A stretch of 64,000 bases of DNA from Chloroflexota bacterium. Lineage in GTDB: Bacteria; Chloroflexota; Anaerolineae; Anaerolineales; DRMV01. Position numbers and translations under genes: made by a program. The stretch covers positions 73,948 to 137,947 of the forward strand of contig DRMV01000043.1 of NCBI GenBank assembly GCA_011322445.1, read 5' to 3'. Under the pieces are notes generated by a model that worked only from the letters and a program-made list of their open reading frames with translations, did no database searches and was not told the DNA's origin. Below, in pieces: positions 58,001-64,000 of the stretch (positions are counted from its first letter, which is position 1; every line of letters begins with the position of its first letter).

Positions 58001-58023
58001 GATGAACCTCCTGGCAGGGTGTA

Positions 58024-58240
58024 GAAAAGCAAAAGGCGCACCAGCAAGGTGCGCCCTCTGTCCTGGAACCTGAGAGATGCACGCCGACGAGGGCGCTTGC
58101 TCCTTCGGTGCCGCGCGAAGCGGGCTCTCCAGAGGGAAGGCCGACGCCGGAGTCCTTTTACCTGAGAGATTCGCCAGAGAAGTCCTCTGGCTTGCCCCTT
58201 CGGTGCTCACCTTGCGGTGAGTCTCTCCCCCGGCGTCGTT
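58024..58240 (-). promoter_or_regulatory. tandem glycine riboswitch (two aptamers + terminator expression platform)
   Basis: Aptamer 1: P1 GACGCCGG/CCGGCGUC, GGAGAG, CACCGAAGGGGCAA, CUCUCAGG..AAAAGGAC. Aptamer 2: P1 CCCUCUG/CAGAGGG, GGAGAG, CACCGAAGGAGCAA, CUCUCAGG..CCAGGACAG. Terminator GGCGCACC-UUGCU-GGUGCGCC-UUUUGCUUUU (58024-58055). Confidence 0.9.
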
Positions 58241-58255
58241 GAATTGTCTGTCTTC

Positions 58256-58284
58256 ATTCTACGGGGGGGCAAGGGAAAAGTCAA
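58256..58284 (-). promoter_or_regulatory. sigma70-type promoter driving the glycine riboswitch/gcv operon
   Basis: Minus strand TTGACT (58279-58284), 17 nt, TAGAAT (58256-58261). The predicted TSS is about 10 nt before aptamer 1. Confidence 0.6.
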
Positions 58285-58295
58285 GCCCTTGAAGT

Positions 58296-58304
58296 TGGTA
58301 TAAT
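58296..58304 (+). promoter_or_regulatory. extended -10 promoter for the moeB-like gene
   Basis: TGGTATAAT on the plus strand. This argues that ATG 58303 lies inside the promoter and ATG 58342 (GGAGG RBS) is the real start. Confidence 0.45.
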
Positions 58305-58341
58305 GAATCCCCGTTCTTTGCCCCCTTCACTGGAGGTTCCC

Positions 58342-59502
58342 ATGCCGTTTAGTGTTCCCCCCCGAGCATCTTTGGCTCCCGACGAACTGCGCCGGTATGC
58401 GCGCCACATTCTGCTGCCCGAAGTCGGGCGCGAAGGGCAACAGCGGCTCAAAAGCGCTTCTGTGCTCATTGTCGGCGTGGGTGGCCTGGGGTCGCCTGCG
58501 GCGCTCTATCTTGCCGCTGCCGGGGTGGGCCACCTGGGCCTGGTAGATGGCGACCGTGTGGATGAAAGCAACCTGCAGCGCCAGGTGCTCTACGCCACCG
58601 CTCAGGTCGGCCAGCCCAAAGCCTTGATGGCACGTGAACGCCTGCACGCCCTCAACCCTCACATCCAAATCGACACCTACGCCCATCGCATCACGCCAGC
58701 CAACGCGTGGGAGATTGCCTCGGAATACGACCTGATTGTGGACGGCACCGACAATTTCGCCACCCGCTACCTGCTCAACGACACCGCGGTGTTGCAAAAA
58801 AAGCCCTTTGTTTACGGCTCGATCAGCCGCTTCGAGGGGCAGGTCAGCGTTTTCTACGCCGAAGAAGGCCCTTGCTATCGCTGCATCTTTCCCCAACCGC
58901 CGGCGCGCTATCAAACCTGTGCCGAGTTGGGGGTGTTAGGCGCTTTGCCCGGCGTCATCGGCACGCTGGAAGCCACCGAAGCGCTGAAACTCATCCTGGG
59001 CATCGGGAAGCCCCTGGTCGGTCGTCTACTCCTTTACGACGCGCTGGCGATGCAATTCGACATCATTCGCCTGCGCAAGAACCCCACCTGCAAAGTGTGC
59101 GGCGAGCACCCGGAAATCACGGCCATTCTGCCGGGTTATGAAGAAGCCGCTTGTGTCAGCCAGGCGGAAGAGCCTACCCTGCCCCCCGATGCCGACCTGC
59201 CGCCAGAGGCCCTGGCCGAGCGGCTGGCAAGCGACCAGCCCCCCTTGCTCATCGACGTCCGCAGCCCGGAAGAATTCGCCTTAGCCCATTTGCCGGGGGC
59301 ACGCAACATCCCCCTGGAAAGGCTGGAAGCCTACCTGGAAGCCCTCCCCAAAGGCGAGGAAATCGTCACGGTCTGCCTGCGAGGGCGGCGCTCGGCCCAT
59401 GCGGCGGCGCAATTACTCAAAGCCGGGTTCCAGCGCGTCAAGCGGCTGCACGGCGGGCTGGAAGCCTGGCAACAACGCGTCGACCCGAGTTTTCCCATCT
59501 AA
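58342..59502 (+). CDS. moeB: ThiF/MoeB-type adenylyltransferase (E1-like) fused to C-terminal rhodanese domain (MoeZ-like)
   Basis: RYARHILLPEVG..GQ.RL, GVGGLGSP, CxxC pairs (CYRC, CKVC). The C-terminal rhodanese domain has the active-site loop CLRGRRS. Confidence 0.85.
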   Translation: MPFSVPPRASLAPDELRRYARHILLPEVGREGQQRLKSASVLIVGVGGLGSPAALYLAAAGVGHLGLVDGDRVDESNLQRQVLYATAQVGQPKALMARERLHALNPHIQIDTYAHRITPANAWEIASEYDLIVDGTDNFATRYLLNDTAVLQKKPFVYGSISRFEGQVSVFYAEEGPCYRCIFPQPPARYQTCAELGVLGALPGVIGTLEATEALKLILGIGKPLVGRLLLYDALAMQFDIIRLRKNPTCKVCGEHPEITAILPGYEEAACVSQAEEPTLPPDADLPPEALAERLASDQPPLLIDVRSPEEFALAHLPGARNIPLERLEAYLEALPKGEEIVTVCLRGRRSAHAAAQLLKAGFQRVKRLHGGLEAWQQRVDPSFPI

Positions 59503-59638
59503 GCCGAGCAGCGTTTCAGCGTTTCGACGACGATTGCTCCGCAATCTCCGCTCAACGCGCTCATCCAAAAAGCAGGTTCCACGCAGGCACAGCACTCAGC
59601 ACGAACCATGACGGCGGCGTCTCGCCTTTCAGATTAAT

Positions 59639-59680
59639 CCGAGCGCAAGGAGCATTCATCCGCTTGCCCCTTGCGCTCGG
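59639..59680. terminator. hairpin between convergent moeB-like and cysM-like genes
   Basis: Perfect 12-bp stem CCGAGCGCAAGG/CCTTGCGCTCGG with an 18-nt loop. Weak T-run afterwards (CGCTTTC). Confidence 0.45.
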
Positions 59681-59740
59681 CGCTTTCACTTCCTCTGTTC
59701 CCCCGCCAAATTCTCTTGGCTATACGAAATGTCGTCGCTA

Positions 59741-60706
59741 CTACGGCGCAGGCGTCGGGGCAGGCTCTTCACCCCACAGCGGGCTGCTGAGGTATTTATA
59801 GCCTGCATCGGGCAAAATCACCACGACCATGCCTTCCTGCAACTCGGCCGCCACCTCGCAAGCAGCCCACACCGCCGCTGCCGCCGAGGGGCCCACGAAC
59901 AGGCCTTCCTCACGCGCCAGGCGCCGGGCCATCGCATGCGCCTGAGCCGCCCGCACATAGCGCACCGCGTCGGGCAAGCCTGCATCGTAAATCGCCGGGC
60001 GACGGCTGGACGTCGCCATATGCTTCAGGCCGGGAATGGGTTCATCTCCGCCAGCGGGCTGGACCCCAATCAAGCGCACGTCGGGCAACACCGAGCGCAA
60101 ATAGCGCCCAATGCCCGTCAGCGTGCCTCCCGTGCCGGTGCCCGCCACCACATGGGTCACCCGCCCTCCCGTCTGCCGGGCAATCTCCGGGCCGGTGGTA
60201 TGGTAATGTGCCCGCCAGTTAGCGGGGTTATCGTATTGATTAGCCCAGTAATAGCGGTCGGGGTGCAGTTCCGCCTGTCGGGCTACCCACGCCATGGCGC
60301 CATCCACCCCCGCTTCGGGGTCGGTCAGCACTAACTCGGCCCCCAGGCCGCGCAACACGGCAATCCGTTCCGGGCTGGCATTGGCAGGCATAGCCAACGT
60401 CACCGGCACGCCCCACGCAGCAGCAAAAGTGGCATAGGCAATGCCCATGTTGCCCGAAGTAGCGTCGAGCAAACGCCGCCCTTGCAAACGGCCTTCGCTC
60501 AACGCCTGCTGCAGAATTTCCCGCGCGGGCCGGTCTTTCACCGAGCCCGAAGCGTTGAACCATTCCGCCTTGGCCCAAAGGCTTACCGTGGGCTTATCCG
60601 ACAACAACCGCCGTAACGGCAACAGCGGCGTATTCCCCACAACCGCCCCGGCGGGCGCGTCCACCCACGAAGTCGGGGCCTGACTTTCCAGCGTTTGCAA
60701 CACCAT
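59741..60706 (-). CDS. PLP-dependent cysteine synthase family protein (CysM/CysK-like)
   Basis: NASGSVKDRPA (PLP lysine), SGNMG, GTGTGGTLTG. ATG 60706 has a GGAGGAGG RBS. Confidence 0.8.
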   Translation of the reverse strand: MVLQTLESQAPTSWVDAPAGAVVGNTPLLPLRRLLSDKPTVSLWAKAEWFNASGSVKDRPAREILQQALSEGRLQGRRLLDATSGNMGIAYATFAAAWGVPVTLAMPANASPERIAVLRGLGAELVLTDPEAGVDGAMAWVARQAELHPDRYYWANQYDNPANWRAHYHTTGPEIARQTGGRVTHVVAGTGTGGTLTGIGRYLRSVLPDVRLIGVQPAGGDEPIPGLKHMATSSRRPAIYDAGLPDAVRYVRAAQAHAMARRLAREEGLFVGPSAAAAVWAACEVAAELQEGMVVVILPDAGYKYLSSPLWGEEPAPTPAP

Positions 60707-60927
60707 TTCATCCTCCTCCAGCAAGATCATGACCGAGAAATACAAAAACCTCGCCCAAACAAAAACGGCACGGTCGTTCCACTTGGAACCCGTGCCGCGA
60801 GGGCGAGGCTAATTGCGCTTAAACCACCTTCACCAAAGACGGCTACGGGCCCCGTCTTTGGCAACAACCAGTCTGAAAGCGCACAACAAGCAAGGGTAAC
60901 ATCGCTTCACACACTCCGGTGGTTATG
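60707..60927 (-). promoter_or_regulatory. structured ~220-nt 5' leader with nested terminator (unclassified riboswitch/attenuator candidate)
   Basis: Minus strand: a long irregular hairpin; a perfect 10-bp hairpin CCAAAGACGG/CCGUCUUUGG (60833-60861); nested terminator CCUCGCCC[CGGCACGG..CCGUGCCG UUUUU]GGGCGAGG UUUUU (60744-60808). AACCACC (60918-60924) is complementary to GGUGGUU (60822-60828). Confidence 0.55.
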
Positions 60928-60933
60928 CTCTGC

Positions 60934-60961
60934 ATTGTACCTGATTTTGGGGAAATGTCAA
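60934..60961 (-). promoter_or_regulatory. sigma70-type promoter for the cysM-like leader
   Basis: Minus strand TTGACA (60956-60961, containing the hydrolase TGA stop), 16 nt, TACAAT (60934-60939). Confidence 0.6.
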
Positions 60962-61779
60962 AGGTTTTGCACAAGCCAATCAACCACGGTGCGATACACC
61001 TCTTCCTTGCCTGGCTCATTGTGCACCTCGTGGTACATGCCTTCCCACAACCGGAAGGTGCATTTCTCGCCTGCACGCTGGCAAAATTCGCGGCTGGCCT
61101 CGGGAGAAGTCAGGTGATCATCAGCGCCGTGCATCAACAACAGCGGCACCTTGAGGTCAGCAGCATGTTCCAGCGCCCAAAGCCCGGCCTCATACGCCTC
61201 GAGGAACATCCCCGCCGAAATACGGTCATGCACCAGCGGGTCTTCCACATAGGCCTTCACCACCACCGGGTCGCGGGAAAGGTATTCCAGCTGCAGGCCG
61301 CTGGGCTGCAACAGCGTCGGCAGAAGTTTACCCACACTGCGCGCCAGAAACACTTTATAGGCCGGTGGCTCGAAAGCCAACCGCAGCCAGGGGCCACTGG
61401 CAACCGCGCCATGCAACTTCTCGACCGGCCGGCGCAGAATGTAGTTCAACACCAAATTCCCGCCCAAACTGTGGCCGTAGAGGAAGCGCGGAGCCTCCCC
61501 AAAGCGCCGTTGCGCCTCGTCCACCAAGCGGGTAATGTCATCGAGGGCATCGGCATAAACAAAATGCCCGCGCTTGCCGCCCGAGCGCCCATGCCCGCGC
61601 AGGTCAAAGGCCAACACCGCAAAACCGGCAGCATTCAAATGCGCGGCCAAAGGGGCATAGCGCCCGCTATGCTCGCCCAGGCCGTGCACCAGGCACACCA
61701 CGCCCCGCGGGGGTGTCTCAGGCGTCCACGCCCGCGCAAACAAAGGCACAGCAGGCAACAGGGTAAAGGTCTCTTCCAT
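60958..61779 (-). CDS. alpha/beta hydrolase (lysophospholipase / monoacylglycerol-lipase type)
   Basis: VCLVHGLGEHSGRY, GHSLGG nucleophile elbow and a C-terminal His region (YHEVHNE). ATG 61779 has a GAGGAGG RBS. Confidence 0.75.
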   Translation of the reverse strand: MEETFTLLPAVPLFARAWTPETPPRGVVCLVHGLGEHSGRYAPLAAHLNAAGFAVLAFDLRGHGRSGGKRGHFVYADALDDITRLVDEAQRRFGEAPRFLYGHSLGGNLVLNYILRRPVEKLHGAVASGPWLRLAFEPPAYKVFLARSVGKLLPTLLQPSGLQLEYLSRDPVVVKAYVEDPLVHDRISAGMFLEAYEAGLWALEHAADLKVPLLLMHGADDHLTSPEASREFCQRAGEKCTFRLWEGMYHEVHNEPGKEEVYRTVVDWLVQNL

Positions 61780-61789
61780 CACACCCTCC

Positions 61790-62695
61790 TCAGCGAGCGG
61801 GCACATCGTAGCAATACACAGGGTAAACTTCCTCGGTCTCTCGGAAGCCCATACGGGCATAGAGGTTGAGCGCGGCGTCGTTGTTCCCTTGCGTGTTCAG
61901 CGTCACCTGCTCCGCACCGTTGCGATGGAAAAAGGTCAACACATCGGTCACCAGCCAGCGCCCAATGCCGCGCCCCTGCGCCTCGGGGTGGACAGCCAGG
62001 CGGGCCAGATGCCCTCCCAGGGGACTGGGCGTGCTCACCTGGAAACCCACCACTTCTTTCGTGGTCTCATCCTCAACAACCGTCGCCCACACCGAGCGGC
62101 TCAACCCCACTCGGAAGGCTTCTTGCGACATGTGCCAGAAATCCCCAAAGGCAGCCGCATCCACGCGGGTTACGGCCGCGAGGTCGGCTGGAATCATGGG
62201 GCGCAAACGGAAGCCCTCAGCCGGCACCACCCTGGCAACCGGCTGGCGCTCCCATACCAGCACTTCCACGTTTTCCAAAAAGTAGAAACCGTTGTCTTCC
62301 AACAGGTGGCGGAACCACTCGGCAAACGGCATGGCCGCCACCCAGCGCAAGCCATTGCGTTTATGAATGGCTTCCAAGGCGGCCGGGAAAAGCGTTTCCC
62401 AGGCCTGATGCGGCGGCACCGCCGCTGCCGAAGCAAACAAACGCACCCACGCCACGCCTTGGGTTTCCCGCAACACCGCCAGCGCCGCATCCAGTTTCCC
62501 CAACGGGGCTTCCCAGACCACAAACCCCGGCGTGCCCGCCTTATCCAGCGGGGCCTCCCAGGCAGGGTGCTGATGAACAAACGGCTCCAGGTGCACCAGT
62601 GCTGCCAGCCGCTGGCGGTCGTCCGGGCGGCTTTCCCGCACCTCGCGGGTGACGCGCACACGGTCGTCCGTCATCACTGCTGCTTTCGCCATCAT
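61790..62695 (-). CDS. GNAT-family N-acetyltransferase (two GNAT-like halves)
   Basis: C-terminal half has the acetyl-CoA motif LAVHPEAQGRGIGRWL...NLYARMGF. The N-terminal half is GNAT-like but degenerate. ATGA overlap with the TPR gene. Confidence 0.75.
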   Translation of the reverse strand: MMAKAAVMTDDRVRVTREVRESRPDDRQRLAALVHLEPFVHQHPAWEAPLDKAGTPGFVVWEAPLGKLDAALAVLRETQGVAWVRLFASAAAVPPHQAWETLFPAALEAIHKRNGLRWVAAMPFAEWFRHLLEDNGFYFLENVEVLVWERQPVARVVPAEGFRLRPMIPADLAAVTRVDAAAFGDFWHMSQEAFRVGLSRSVWATVVEDETTKEVVGFQVSTPSPLGGHLARLAVHPEAQGRGIGRWLVTDVLTFFHRNGAEQVTLNTQGNNDAALNLYARMGFRETEEVYPVYCYDVPAR

Positions 62696-63234
62696 CCTCC
62701 CCCCAGCAAGCGGAAAGGCATTTTCAACAAACGCTTGAGCAAGCCCCGTTTCAGCGAACGCGGCTGCTCATCCACGGCTTGTTGCATGGCAATGAGGGCA
62801 TCCATTGGTTCATTGAGGCGCAGTTGCACAGCCGAAAGGGCCTGCAACACCGCCACCCGGGCTTCGCGATCGCCGGCTTCTTCCAGCAACACGGCCGCCT
62901 GCGCGTAGGCCTCGGCGGCTTCCTGCCAGCGTTTTAAACCTTCCAGCGCGCTGCCCAGGTTGCCCCATGCCAAGCCAGCGCGGCGCACATCGCCCGCCTC
63001 GGCAAAAATCTCGGGCGTGCCCTCCGCCGCCTCCAAAGCCTCCTGCGGACGCCCCGCCTGCACCCAAGCAACGCTGCTGTTATTGCGCATTTCCGCCGCG
63101 TCCAAAGGGCGCCCACTCGCCAGGAAAGCCTCGGCAGCCGCGGCAAACTGTTGCGCCGCCTGCTCGAAAGCCTCTTCGCCATAAGCCTTCCTGGCCTGCT
63201 CTGCCAGCATTTCAGGGGAAAGGGTTTCACTCAT
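62692..63234 (-). CDS. tetratricopeptide-repeat protein
   Basis: 180 aa. Repeated A..A...G..LG....EA...Y..A pattern (about 4 TPR units). Confidence 0.7.
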   Translation of the reverse strand: MSETLSPEMLAEQARKAYGEEAFEQAAQQFAAAAEAFLASGRPLDAAEMRNNSSVAWVQAGRPQEALEAAEGTPEIFAEAGDVRRAGLAWGNLGSALEGLKRWQEAAEAYAQAAVLLEEAGDREARVAVLQALSAVQLRLNEPMDALIAMQQAVDEQPRSLKRGLLKRLLKMPFRLLGGG

Positions 63235-63914
63235 AAGGTAATCTCCAACAACCCTTCGGCAACCGCCCGCAATTTTTCAACCGACATCTCACTTAGCCGC
63301 TGGGCCAGTTCCAGGTAAGGGCGGTTCACCGGCTGGGAAACGAATGCCCGCAGTTCGGCTGGCAATTCCAGAAAATCAGCCACCTGCCGTTGCTCGGACA
63401 GCCATTGCCCAATCGGGCCTTCCGTATCCATAAAAACCTGCACCGACACGCCTAAAACCTCCGCAAGGGTCTCCAGTTCCGGCAGAGGCACCGCGCGCTC
63501 CCCCATTTCATAAGCCCGCAAGCGCCTGACCGGAATATCGGCCTGCCGGGCTACATCTACCAGCGTGAGGCCAGCGGCTTCGCGATACTGGCGCAAAGTC
63601 ACCCCCACAATCCGCTGCCGCAACGCCACCAGCCGAGCCAGATCCACAGGCTCTCGCGCGGCCAGGGTTTCCGAAAGCATTTCGCCCCCCCAGAAATGCT
63701 CTAACGGCAGCCGCAAATGATAGGCCAGGGCTTCCAATTCGGGCAAAGAGGGTGCTTTGTCACCGCGTTCATAAGCCGCCAACCGCGACGACGAAATACC
63801 CAACGCCTCGGCCAATGCTTTCCGGCTATGGCCCGAAGCCAGGCGCGCATCGCGCAACAAGATGCCCAATTTCTTCATGCGCAAAGTACGAACCCTTGCT
63901 TGATCCATAAACAC
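63231..63914 (-). CDS. XRE-family regulator with two helix-turn-helix domains
   Basis: Two Cro/C1-type HTH units (LRDARLASGHSRKALAEALGISSSRLAAYERG and LRQYREAAGLTLVDVARQADIPVRRLRAYEMG). Confidence 0.8.
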   Translation of the reverse strand: MFMDQARVRTLRMKKLGILLRDARLASGHSRKALAEALGISSSRLAAYERGDKAPSLPELEALAYHLRLPLEHFWGGEMLSETLAAREPVDLARLVALRQRIVGVTLRQYREAAGLTLVDVARQADIPVRRLRAYEMGERAVPLPELETLAEVLGVSVQVFMDTEGPIGQWLSEQRQVADFLELPAELRAFVSQPVNRPYLELAQRLSEMSVEKLRAVAEGLLEITL

Positions 63915-64000
63915 TCCTCACGAGGGGGAATAACCTGCCATTTTTCCCTCACGTTCACTCCAACTTCGGGGAAGCGCAAACGTAAAACGGCTGCCCTGCC

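Noticed and set aside
60707-60927. Assignment of the CysM-like leader to T-box or SAM-I
   Set aside because: GGUGGUUUAAGCGC only loosely resembles the T-box core (GGGUGGNACCGCG). I see no specifier-loop/K-turn layout. The SAM-I core elements (GAGGGA..GGCCC..GCAACC, GUGCYAAUUCC) are absent. The class is left open pending a covariance-model search.

Overview
This is a GC-rich, gene-dense chromosomal window with about 60 protein genes. Many are joined by 4-bp start/stop overlaps or very short spacers. I found no rRNA, tRNA, CRISPR array, transposase, integrase or prophage signature. The content is mostly housekeeping. The minus strand carries thyX(tandem)-ribF-truB-nrnA-rbfA-infB-ylxR-nusA. A Roadblock/LC7-V4R-REC/GGDEF-like-GT2 operon follows, then mntR-mntH (Nramp fused to a USP domain). 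A roughly 9.7-kb minus-strand operon is made of acyl-CoA dehydrogenase, MDR reductase, carboxyltransferase, hydrolase, iorAB, biotin carboxylase and BCCP. After that come a class II aldolase-like gene, lepA, envelope-glycosylation genes (epimerase, GT4, UXS, GtrA, two GT-C membrane proteins with one fused to NHL repeats), csp, rsmD, scpB, rluB, mutM, prs and meaB plus a B12-binding subunit. The last part holds TetR-patatin-esterase, gcvH-gcvPA-gcvPB behind a clear tandem glycine riboswitch, a MoeB/rhodanese E1, a CysM-like enzyme behind an unclassified structured leader, and an XRE-TPR-GNAT-hydrolase operon. Gene content and organisation are reminiscent of Chloroflexota; this is a low-confidence inference with no search run. 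Promoters readable by eye repeatedly use an extended -10 (TGnTATAAT-like). The signals not explained by ordinary annotation are: (1) in-phase tandem 7-nt (NNTGCAR) and 8-nt (GGTAGTCR-like) arrays that fill intercistronic spacers; (2) a promoter plus about 220-nt structured leader plus nested terminator upstream of the CysM-like gene that I cannot assign to a known riboswitch class; (3) a Roadblock/V4R module lacking its usual GTPase; (4) a terminator-like hairpin in the nusA leader. All folding, motif and homology statements were made by eye from the sequence and ORF translations. No database search was run.
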